64,000 bases of DNA. It comes from an uncultured Candidatus Peribacteria bacterium (GTDB lineage Bacteria; Patescibacteriota; Gracilibacteria; BD1-5; JAGOOR01). Position numbers and translations under genes: made by a program. The notes beneath the pieces were generated by a model. It saw only the letters and a list, made by a program, of their open reading frames with translations, was not told where the DNA came from and did no database searches. Shown piece after piece: positions 43,475 to 53,230 of this stretch. Position 1 is the first letter of the stretch. Each line of letters opens with the position of its first letter. Where the stretch lies: NCBI GenBank assembly GCA_964544625.1, contig CAZJBQ010000002.1, positions 49,462 through 113,461 of the forward strand, given 5' to 3'.

Positions 43475-43780
43475 ATGAGCCCCCTTGCAGCACCATATTC
43501 TTCTGAATCTCATCCAGGTGAGCAAAAAACGGATGTTTCTGCTCGTGATATCTCTGAAGAAGTTAAGCTCATCATGAATGCAGTGATTAATTGGAATAGA
43601 GAAGAATTGGATACAAAAGATCCATTTTCTGTATTATCACTCGCTGGGTATGATGATGAAAATGGTGACTGGGAACACACATGAGAAATATATACTGTAG
43701 ACCGTCTCTGGCAGATGTGGGTTACAGAAAGAAATCAAAGGAGAAACGGTATAGAGACCGAAGTGGAAATAGTGGAATAA
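43475..43780 (+). CDS. hypothetical protein (101 aa)
   Basis: TTGACA-15-TATAAT upstream. One TGA. TAA at 43778. Confidence 0.45.
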
Positions 43781-43783
43781 TTA

Positions 43784-44509
43784 CTACCCCTTAAACCCCT
43801 GACACACGACATACTCCTCGAAGCTTCTATCTCGGCATGCAGGAGGTTTGATGCATTGGATTTTTTTGTATTGTTTTTTGGCCTGACTGAGGACGAGTGA
43901 GAGATCACGGCCACGAAATATTTTCATCACGAGATTGCCTCCTGGCGCGAGAAATCTCTCTCCTATTTTCAAGACTTCGAGGCACAGCATAGCGCTGTTA
44001 TACTGATCATCATCATTTCTTCCTGTTGTTTTCGGTGCCACATCAGAGGTGATAATCTGGAAATATTTCGTTTTGAGTTTCTTATTGTCATTGAGCCCCC
44101 AGATACCAGCCTCTTCTTTGGCTTTTTCTATTTCTTTTCATTCTTCGCGGATGGATTCAAGGTAGGATTTGATTTTGGCATGTGTTTCAGCGACAGTCAT
44201 GTCACCGACCATCGTGGTGATATTTTTCTGAGCAAATCGTGAGACTTCTTGGAGGTCGATACCGAGTATGCGACCGTTTTCTCAGACGAGTTTTGAGAGG
44301 ACTTGCAACCAGCTCCCAGGAGCACAGCCGAGGTCGAGTGCTACCATGCCTGGCCTGATAATTTCTACTTCTTCTTGGATCTGGAGCAGCTTAAAAGCAC
44401 TCCGAGCACGATAACCAGCAGCCTTGGCTTTATGAAACCAGACATCCTGTACTTGATATCCTGCTTTGTTTGCCACTCGAGGGGCTATGATTTTTGGTTT
44501 TTTCTTCAT
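43784..44509 (-). CDS. rlmE: 23S rRNA 2'-O-ribose methyltransferase RlmE (FtsJ)
   Basis: YRARSAFKL, DLGCAPGSW and DVAPKTTG motifs. Two same-frame fragments. Confidence 0.85.
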
Positions 44510-44547
44510 GACAGTTGCATTATAGAGAAAATGACGAAAATAATAGT

Positions 44548-45003
44548 ATGAAACACCTTCCTCTCCAGTATTCCTCACGGGGTATCATCACGGATCGTGA
44601 TGGCAATATACTGCTCGTGAAGCACGGTTCTCACAAACCATATACGTTGCCAGGTGGACATCTCGAAAAAGATGAGACATTTCAAGAAGCTTTTGTAAGA
44701 GAGGCGAGGGAGGAGCTCGATATCGTCGTAGAGCTCATAGGTCTCGTGACTATTTACCGAGAAAATAATATACAATCACTCCCAGCACCTGTCCGAGTCC
44801 AAACTATCGAATATACCAATGAGCGTGGTCCACAGAGAAAATATGAGGAGTTTTTTCTGGCTCATATGGTTTCTGGTACTATCACGGTTCAATCATCAGA
44901 GATAGCGAGTTTTGGCTGGTTCACACTCGACCAAATACGTGCTATGTCTGACGTGGAAATTTACTCCAGTATCCGAGATATTGTGCTGAGCACAGTAGTC
45001 TAA
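44548..45003 (+). CDS. Nudix hydrolase
   Basis: Nudix box GGHLEKDETFQEAFVREAREELDI. Confidence 0.8.
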   Translation: MKHLPLQYSSRGIITDRDGNILLVKHGSHKPYTLPGGHLEKDETFQEAFVREAREELDIVVELIGLVTIYRENNIQSLPAPVRVQTIEYTNERGPQRKYEEFFLAHMVSGTITVQSSEIASFGWFTLDQIRAMSDVEIYSSIRDIVLSTVV

Positions 45004-45004
45004 T

Positions 45005-45152
45005 TTGACAAAAATTTCATTCGTCTAAAATTATCTCTATGCGTCAAACCAGTTCACTTCTTCTCAGCCTTCTTCTTTCCCACCGGGAGAGTTAGTTTGC
45101 TGCGAAGAAAAACCACGCACTTTCCACTCTCCCCGAAACGGGAGAGTTTTTT
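45005..45152 (+). promoter_or_regulatory. leucine leader-peptide attenuator of leuA
   Basis: TTGACA-15-TAAAAT, then 7 nt, then ATG 45039. Leader encodes MRQTSSLLLSLLLSHRES (45039-45095). GGGAGAG at 45085-91 duplicates the terminator 3' arm (45140-46). The 5' arm CTCTCCC is at 45127-33. U6 follows. Confidence 0.7.
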
Positions 45153-45170
45153 ATTTCTTTAATTTCTTAT

Positions 45171-46952
45171 ATGAGCAATGTAATGCACGAATTGGATATC
45201 CACTATGAAGAATGGTGAGAAATAATGGCACAAGTGATATCTTGAGAAAAACCCCTCGGTTTTCTACCCAAAAAGGAAAGTACTACGACTGGTTACAAAA
45301 TTTATAAGCCAGAAAAAGTTATTATCAACGAAGTTGGACCACGTGAATCGGACCAAGCAGGCGGATGATTCCAGCCCTGGAACAAAAAAGATATGATAGG
45401 CTCAGCTATAAGAGCCGGTATTCCAGCTGTAGAGGTGGCATTTGCGGCAGGAGTAGACATGCAGACTATTGACTGGGCCGTATCTGAATTTGGCCGCGAA
45501 AATACACGTTTATCAGCTCTAACAGGATTCTTCCCACAAGCTATAAAAGAAGGAGCGGGGAAATTGAACAAAGCAAAGAATGGAGGAGTACATATTTTTT
45601 ATCCTACCCAAATACACCATATACAGGCTATGTTGGACAAAGACGGTAAGACACCAGTGAGAGATTTACAAGACCAGGTGCTCAAAATGATTGAGAATAA
45701 TGTCTGAATAGCACGCGATAATATCGGAAATGTCCAATTCTCACCGGAGATTGCTACTGATACTGATCCAGTTTTTCTCCTCGAATCTGTGAGAAAGGCT
45801 ATCGAGAGCGGAGCTACTATTATCAATATGCCAGATACACGAGGAGGAACGCCTACTTGGTATATGGAGAAATTATTTCATTTTATGAGTTGGGGTACAC
45901 AAGATTTACGAGAAAAACATGATTTTATATTTTCTTGTCATAATCATAATGATACAGGCATGGCTATTGCGAATAGTATTGCTGCTATTCGATGATGAGC
46001 TACACAAGTAGAGTCCACATTTTCTGGTGTTGGGGAATGAGCAGGCAATGCTCCAACAGAGCAGATAATAAATACTTTGAGACAGAATGGCTATGATATC
46101 GGAAAAATAGATAACAAGAAAGCATGAAGGATTGCTGAATATGTCAGAGCTGTTGTCTATGGTCAAGTGGTAGTCCCATATGGTCCCTGATCTGATGCAG
46201 ATGGTGCTGGAGTCCACAAGGATCGTTGGCATAAATATGTCGCATGGTGTCGAAAAAATAATCTTCATCCCAATCCTGATTTTTATAGAGCGGGCGCAAG
46301 TAGGCTCAATTTTGAAGCAGATAGTGATAATGTAGCGATAGGGAGGTTGGGCGGTGCAGGACAAGTTCTTCACGCTCTCAAGTCTCACGGTGTATTTCGC
46401 CCTACAAAAAAATGACCTACAGTAGGAAGGATACATACTACTTTTTGTGGTGACGATAAGGGAAAAATTGGCACCACACAAGAAACCAAAGTAGCCTATG
46501 ATTCAAACGTATTTGCTGAATATCTCCGTAATTCAAGGAGAATATCACAAGAAAATATATCTTTTGAGAATAATTCTGTCACTATTTCGGCTGTTATCAA
46601 TGGTAAAAATATAGTTATATCTGGGCCCATGAGTACCGAATCTGGTCCTATCCCGACAATTATTTGAGCTATTAATAGATTTTTAGGTAAAGAAATAATC
46701 AAACTTCACGTTGAGCCTATTTATAAACCAATATTCACACCCGATGTTGCTCAACAACAATTTCCAGATATTCATCAAAACGGAACTCATCACAGTGATG
46801 TCGAAGATGCTCCTCTCTGGTCTGAGGTTGTTGTCAGTGTTAACGGTATTAACAAAAAATCTCGAGTAAGATGACAAAATATTGATGAAACATTTATTCG
46901 TGCTATATTTGAAGCGTGCCTGGATGTGATATGTCAAAAAACAAAAGAATAG
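45171..46952 (+). CDS. leuA: 2-isopropylmalate synthase (LeuA/CimA family) with C-terminal regulatory domain
   Basis: MPDTRGG, CHNHNDTGMAIAN and GVGEG(TGA)AGNA motifs. Three track fragments in frame 0. Confidence 0.85.
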
Positions 46953-46987
46953 TTTTATTCTTCTAACCTCTTCCATATAATCCGAAT

Positions 46988-47662
46988 ATGTCCTACAGAG
47001 AAAACCCACAACTTCAGAAACTTGTCTCTATTTTTCTCGAGAAAAATACTCATATCAATCTCTCCGCTATTCGCGATGAAGAAGGCGTTTGGGTGAAGCA
47101 TATCGAAGACAGCTTAATTACTGCTGATTTACTTCGCGGCTATCTAGAATGACGGAATGGATGAAGGATGAAGGTACTTGATCTCGGAACAGGTGGGGGT
47201 TTTCCAGGCCTTCCGTTGGCGGTTATGTTTCCAGAAGTCCATTTTACTCTACTGGATGCTACTCGAAAAAAAATAGATTGCGTGCGAGAATTTGCCGAGA
47301 CACTCGGACTTACCAACGTCACTCCACAGTGGGGCAGGGTAGAAGATATGCGAGCGGCGAGTATGAAAGACGAGAGAAAACATAATAAGAACGGTATTAT
47401 GTTTCTCGATGGTACTCCGTCGACCAGCGATCACTATGATATCGTTGTCACGCGAGCAGCTGCGTACATCGAAGACCTCTTTACGTGGATAAAACCGCTC
47501 CTCAAAGCTGATGGTCGAGCGTGGATCTATAAACAAGCCTCAGAAGAGGAATGGGCTGACGGACAGCAACTTGCCAAAAATAGAGGCATGATACTCACAA
47601 AAGCTCTCACATATCATCTCGCAGAGCAAGAGCGATGGATACTTCAGATAATGAAAAAATAA
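46988..47662 (+). CDS. rsmG: 16S rRNA (guanine527-N7)-methyltransferase RsmG
   Basis: VLDLGTGGGFPGLPLAV motif. TATAAT lies 6 nt before the ATG. Confidence 0.85.
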
Positions 47663-47691
47663 AAAAGAATAATAAAAAACGGAGGATTTTT

Positions 47692-47966
47692 TTGACTCAA
47701 CTGAAGAAATCGCTATAGTTCTTTCATGCAAATAAATTTCACAACAAAGACGCCAAAACTTCTCACATCGAGAGGGTAGTTTTTGTTTAAAATTTAATTT
47801 TTCAAAACCCTCTCAACCTGAGAGGGTTTTATTTTTTACGAATTGTATGTCACATCACCTCTCTCTCATAACAAGCACCACCAAGAAACCGCCAAAGCGG
47901 GGAGGATAAATTATTGCCACTTTATTCTCCACTCCGCTTTGAAACATCTGAAGCGGATTTTATTTT
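47692..47966 (+). promoter_or_regulatory. tandem Thr/Lys-rich leader-peptide attenuators of lysC-asd
   Basis: TTGACT-16-TATAGT, then 6 nt, then ATG 47726. Leader 1 encodes MQINFTTKTPKLLTSRG (to 47779), with terminator 47808-47837. Leader 2 encodes MSHHLSLITSTTKKPPKRGG (47847-47909), with terminator 47933-47966. Confidence 0.65.
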
Positions 47967-47980
47967 CTCATTTTATTTTT

Positions 47981-49225
47981 ATGTCACAGAGTTTATCACT
48001 ACCGCGAGTCCTCAAAGTCTGAGGAATACAAGTAGCCCGTATCTCTGATACAAGACCTCTTATTCAACGCCTCAAACAAGATGGTCCACTATCAGTTATT
48101 CTTTCTGCTCCAAATACGGATCAATTTCGTACAACCAATGTCCTCATAGAAGCCGCTTCTTCGCTTGCTGCTTGAGATGTGCAAAAATCGAGAGAACTCC
48201 TCCTCTCTGTACAGGATTTTGTTCTCAATACTGTTTGTCTCCCCCTTCATGGGGAAGCTATTTTTACAAAAATACAGAGAGATGTGTCTGGGCTTTTCCA
48301 GCAATATTTCACAGATATGGATTTTTATTTACGTAAAAGGTCTCCAACGGCTCGACTCTATACTTCTGCTCCAGAAGAATCCAATGATTTTGTTGCATCT
48401 GTATGGAAAAAACCAACACACAATGGGCGTGGTGGATCTGGGAAACTTCAAACAGTGATACCATTTATCGAACTCGGTGAAAATATATCCGCGATTATCT
48501 ATGCACATCTGACTGGCGGAATACCGATCACGAGTCGATCATGGATGAGGGATGAAATTGCAGACGTTCATAAAAGAGTAAGAGAGAGTCAAAATCTCAT
48601 TATTTCATGAGCCCTCCGTATGAATGCTCGAGACAAAATGCTTGTTCGCTTCTGACGTGGATATACAGATGCAAATGCGTGACGCTTGGCCTTTGGCGCA
48701 GGAGCTGAATTGCTCGTTCATAAAGAATATCCTGTCTGTACTGCCGATCCAAGAATCGTAAATGGTTCGAGTCGACCAATACCCGAAGCCTCTATGGCAA
48801 CACTTCGTGCCAGTCTCCATCCTCTTGTTGGTGCTCAGTTTCTCAATCCTCATGTTTTCGCTGACGGAGAACCAGTGGATATTCAGGTTGGCGATTTTGC
48901 TTCGGAGAGGATAACGCGTGTTTCACGGAGAGATATACCCGAAGCACTCCCACTTATCCAAAAAGGTCCACGAGTACGGAGAGCTCAGGAGTGAATGAAT
49001 TTCTGAGATATATCTCTCTCAGTCAACGGATGAGGAGATGAATGTGTTATATCAGTCGTGGATCATTCTGCACGAAGTATAGAACGTGCTAGAGATATCC
49101 AGAGCATTCTTTGATCTAGAGGTGTTATTGTTTCACTCAATGAACGTGTTGCATCAGTATTGGTCCCATACGACCAGGCAAACGACATTGTTCGACAGCT
49201 TCATCAGAATATGTGCGAGACATAA
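47981..49225 (+). CDS. lysC: aspartate kinase with C-terminal ACT region
   Basis: VLKVG(TGA)G, SAPNT..TN and TADPRIV motifs. Three same-frame fragments. Confidence 0.85.
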
Positions 49226-49246
49226 ATTATTTTTAACTTTATTAGT

Positions 49247-50257
49247 ATGAAAATCGGAATTGTATGAGCGACAGGTGCAGTAGGACAAGAATTACTTCCA
49301 CTGCTTAAAAAAAGAGATTTTCCTGTCTGAGAATTGAGAGTATTTGGTTCAGAAAACTCAGCGGGAAAAACAATAGAAACGCCTTATGGACCAAGAGTTA
49401 TTCAGCTTCTTTCTGAAGAGGGAATACAGTGATTGGATGCGATGTTTTTTGCAGCGAGTGCTGAAGTATCTCGTGTATGGTGTCTTCGTGCTGCAGAAAA
49501 ATGAATTCTCTGCGTGGATAAATCGAGTGCATTTCGGAGTGATCCAAATATCCCACTTGTTGTGCCAGAAGTAAATGGCCACAGTATCCGTGAGGGTGAC
49601 CTGATTATCTCTAGTCCGAATTGTACAGCCACCATCGGAGCGTTGGCACTATGACCTATTCATCAGGCTTTGTGACTACGACGAGTGTTTGCATCGACCT
49701 ATCAAGCAGCGAGCGGTGCTGGACAACCAGCGATGGAAGAGCTTATCGCAGCCACGCGTGCAAAGCTGGCAGGAGAAAATTTCACACCACAACAATTCGA
49801 TCATAATTTAGCCCTTAATCTCTTCCCACACATTGGTACTTTTCTCGAAGATGGATATACGGATGAAGAAATGAAGTTCACTAATGAACTTCGTCGGATT
49901 TTAGGGTTACCACACCTCCCAATAGATTGTACCTCTGTGCGTGTACCTATTTCTCGAGCTCACAGTGAAGATATTACGGTCGAAACTGAACAGCCTTTTG
50001 TCGTGAAGCAGGTCCAAGAGCTTTTATCACGGTCAGCTGGCGTAGACCTCGTTGATGAACCAGGAAAAAAACGGTATCCTATGCCTTCGTGAGCAACAGG
50101 AAAGTATAATGTGGAAGTGGGGCGAGTACGTCAGAGTTTTTCTTTTGATGGACACGGTGGTCGATTCTTCGTATCTGGTGATCAGCTCCTCAAGGGTGCA
50201 GCACTCAATGGACTCCAAATACTCGAACATGTATTGAAACAGAGACGAAAAGCCTAA
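49247..50257 (+). CDS. asd: aspartate-semialdehyde dehydrogenase
   Basis: IGIVG(TGA)ATGAVG, SPNCTA active-site Cys and [10 protein letters not shown]. Confidence 0.9.
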
Positions 50258-51048
50258 GAAATTCGTCGTATAATATCTTGATACCTCTTTCATCGTACTC
50301 GGAAATTTTCTCTATCTTGAGACTTCAAAAGAGCCTTCGTCAAAAGTCGAAAGAGGCAAGCCCGGAGAAGTATCTGCTCGGAATGTGGAGGAAGGAGTGT
50401 ATACGCCTCTTCTCCTCCATTTTCCCAAGCGATAGAGTCCGCGATGAGTATCGCTTCAGCATATTCTCGTGGGCGATAATCGAGAGAAAAATCTATCACC
50501 ACTGGAGGCAGCGTGTCATGAAAGAGGATATTTCCACAGAGATCGCCGTGGATGATCTGGCTGGGGAGAGAAAGAGGTGTTAATAATTTCATTACCCCAA
50601 TAACTACCTCATATATTTCTGGATGTATATCTGTTGGGAGTTCTCTTTCTCACCAGACTATTTCGTGTGCTCGTGACCAGGGAGAGTCACTAGGATGCCA
50701 TCCATCAGGTTTTTCGATGTTGCTGAGGAGATCATGGAGCTCTCGGGCTATTTGGTATTTTTCAGTAATTCTCCCTGTGACTTCTTGCCCTAGCTCAAAA
50801 TGTGTACATCACCAACCTTTAAAGGTGTAGTGTCTATCGGTTGTTTTATGATGATAAGACACTCGGAAATTGAGTGGTTTGAGCTGGTTTACTATCTCAG
50901 AGATTCACTCATAGGCCGCTTCATGAGGTTTCAGGACGAAATCTCCAACACGCCATGAATTTCCCTGACCGCCCGGAAGGGGGGTAGCTGCGTGAGGCAA
51001 TCCAAAGGCATCAAGAACGTCGAGAGGTATCATGAGATTATCTTCATT
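50254..51048 (-). CDS. aminoglycoside/choline-kinase-type phosphotransferase family protein
   Basis: [12 protein letters not shown]...VIDF catalytic loop. N-terminal GGQGNSWRV. Confidence 0.7.
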
Positions 51049-52024
51049 GAATCAGTTTTCTCATTTTACTCACTATCTGGAGAAATTTGAGCAATATTGG
51101 TCGAAAGATGATGGCATATTCACGAGGCCAATGTTTTTTCTCTGGGTTAAATCGCAGCTTAAATTCAGTGACGCCAGCTAATTTTCATGTCCCATCTTCT
51201 GAAATTCCGAGAAAATCATAGATCTCGCATCCTCGTCGCAGAGCTTCTCTGATAGCGTCCCATTGGAGGAGGTAAGTCGCCATATCTCTGCGTATTTCAC
51301 GATCACTCGAAGAGGCTCCGTAATAGTAGATCCCCGTATTACCCCAATAAACGAAGATACCGGCTGCATGGAGTATACCATCTTTCTCAGCCACCAAGAG
51401 GCCTCCAGCATTATGTGATTCGAGCGTTTCAACGAAATGCTGGTAGTAATTGAGTGTATTATGAGCAAATCCGTCTCTTTTTGTTGTTTCATCGAGAAGA
51501 TCAAAAAACGCTTCAAGATAGGTTTTTCGTTTGTTTCATTCTTCATTCTTCATTCTTCATTCTTCATTGCAAGCTTCGCTTGCTTTGACCCATCTGGTTG
51601 TGACTCCACGCTTTTGCGCGAGGCGGATATTGTACCTTCCTTTCTCCGCGAAGCTCGCAAGCAGGGCTTCTTCGCTCGTTTTGAGATCTAAAATAGCTGT
51701 TACAGGCTCTATAAACCGTTTGAAAGGGGCTTTACTTTGCACTTTGCACTTTGCACTTTGCACTTTCGTAAGCGGTTCAATCTGGAGAAAGAGATCGTCT
51801 GAGGTAACTATATTGTTTCGTATAAAGCTCAAACAATCACTGGAGAGGTTTGTGTCGACACCGAGCATGTAGAGGGCTGTATAGCGGCTAAATAGAGTAC
51901 GTCTTTCTACGAGAAATGAGTGATTTTCTCCTGAAACGATAAATATATCCTTTGCTTGGTGTGTTTTATTTAGAATTTGTGCCCAGAGAGATGACTGCCA
52001 AAAGCTTGTTTTCCCCTTATTCAT
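51038..52024 (-). CDS. FemAB family peptidoglycan-bridge aminoacyltransferase
   Basis: IFVYWGNTGIYYYGASS...YLLQWDAIREALRRGCEIYDFLGIS pattern. Fragments 51185 and 51557 share a frame. Confidence 0.75.
51536..51568 (-). repeat. heptanucleotide tandem repeat (coding-strand AATGAAG, about 4.5 units) inside the FemAB-type gene
   Basis: Plus-strand TCATTCT units at 51536, 51543, 51550 and 51557, plus a partial unit. Confidence 0.9.
51734..51766 (-). repeat. heptanucleotide tandem repeat (coding-strand AAGTGCA, about 4.5 units) inside the FemAB-type gene
   Basis: Plus-strand ACTTTGC units at 51734, 51741, 51748 and 51755, plus a partial unit. Confidence 0.9.
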
Positions 52025-52142
52025 CAAGTTGCCCAGGTCTGTACTGGGTCATATTTCACTATATTTATAATTACTACTTGACATAATGCATTATATGATT
52101 TATAGTATTGTTTGTAAGGTTGTCTTTTCTTAATACACACAT

Positions 52143-52484
52143 ATGACAGACGTCACCTACCACACACCATATTCAATAAAGATTCGAAAGCAATACCATG
52201 ATACACTTCAGCTGATCATATCAGGTGAGCTCGATGAGACCAATGCGGATGTGGCATTCGAAACTATAGAGCATAATCTCGAAGAAAAAAACACCTATAA
52301 ACATATAGCCTGTGATTTCTCTCAGTTGACCTATACCAATTCCAAAACTCTCGGATATCTCACGGATATGATTGCTCGAGCGCACCGAAAGGGTAAAACC
52401 ATCTCATTTGATCGTGTACACCCAAAAACTCAGTATATATTTGATATGATCGGTCTCTCAAAGGTGACTGACGCGGTTGTTTAG
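52143..52484 (+). CDS. STAS-domain protein (anti-sigma-factor-antagonist-like)
   Basis: Intact 113-aa ORF with SpoIIAA-like layout. TTGACA-17-TATAGT upstream. Confidence 0.65.
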   Translation: MTDVTYHTPYSIKIRKQYHDTLQLIISGELDETNADVAFETIEHNLEEKNTYKHIACDFSQLTYTNSKTLGYLTDMIARAHRKGKTISFDRVHPKTQYIFDMIGLSKVTDAVV

Positions 52485-52504
52485 GGCTCATAATACAACT
52501 CAAG

Positions 52505-52530
52505 ACGCCTAGTTTCTAGGCGTTTTTTTT
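52505..52530. terminator. bidirectional terminator between convergent genes
   Basis: ACGCCTAG/CTAGGCGT stem followed by T8. Confidence 0.7.
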
Positions 52531-53229
52531 GTTCATATAGTGTTTTCTCTCTGTTTCATCCATCTTTTCTATAGCATAACGAAGCATGGTTCGAGGCATT
52601 TTCGGGGCGTATTGGTCCAGGAAACCGCGTAATTCGTCCATGGAACAGCGTTTACCAACTTCACGGAGCATCCAGCCTATAGCTTTGTGAATAAGGTCGT
52701 GTTTGTGTGTGAGCATCCTCTCGGCGATATAGACGGTGAGTTTGCCGTTCCCTTGCTTGATTTGGTGAAATGAAGCGATGATGATCATGCGATTCACCCA
52801 CAGATTCTTACTACGCAGGAAATCATCGATAAATGCGACACGTTCTTCGTGTGTCAGGCATTCCTGGAGATAGACCCCAATAATATCTGGTGCTGATACA
52901 TCGACCAAATCCCAGTTATTGACGCCGGGACGTGCAGTGAGATAGTGTTCTACGATCTCGGGCAATCGAGCTATATCTCGTGCATGGTAGACGAGAGAGA
53001 GTACACCAGCCATACGAATCTCATGATGTTTATCGGCGAGAAGAGTGCTTATATCATCGAGAGTGAGCTCGGGGGCATATTTCTTCACCAGTCCACGAGT
53101 CTGCGGCATAGTAAGACCCAGGAAAATATCACCTTCTCCATATTCTCCTTTGCCCGTCTTGAAAAATCCCTGATAGATTTTAATTTTTTCAGGGTTTTTG
53201 AGGGAGCGAATTTCCTCCTGAATATTCAT
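52516..53229 (-). CDS. DNA alkylation repair protein (AlkD-like HEAT repeat)
   Basis: Intact 237-aa ORF. NNWDLVD and WVNRMIII motifs. Confidence 0.75.
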   Translation of the reverse strand: MNIQEEIRSLKNPEKIKIYQGFFKTGKGEYGEGDIFLGLTMPQTRGLVKKYAPELTLDDISTLLADKHHEIRMAGVLSLVYHARDIARLPEIVEHYLTARPGVNNWDLVDVSAPDIIGVYLQECLTHEERVAFIDDFLRSKNLWVNRMIIIASFHQIKQGNGKLTVYIAERMLTHKHDLIHKAIGWMLREVGKRCSMDELRGFLDQYAPKMPRTMLRYAIEKMDETERKHYMNKKNA

Positions 53230-53230
53230 A

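Noticed and set aside
45906-46481. 191-aa minus-strand ORF
   Set aside because: It is antisense to leuA, which has clear HMGL-family motifs on the plus strand.
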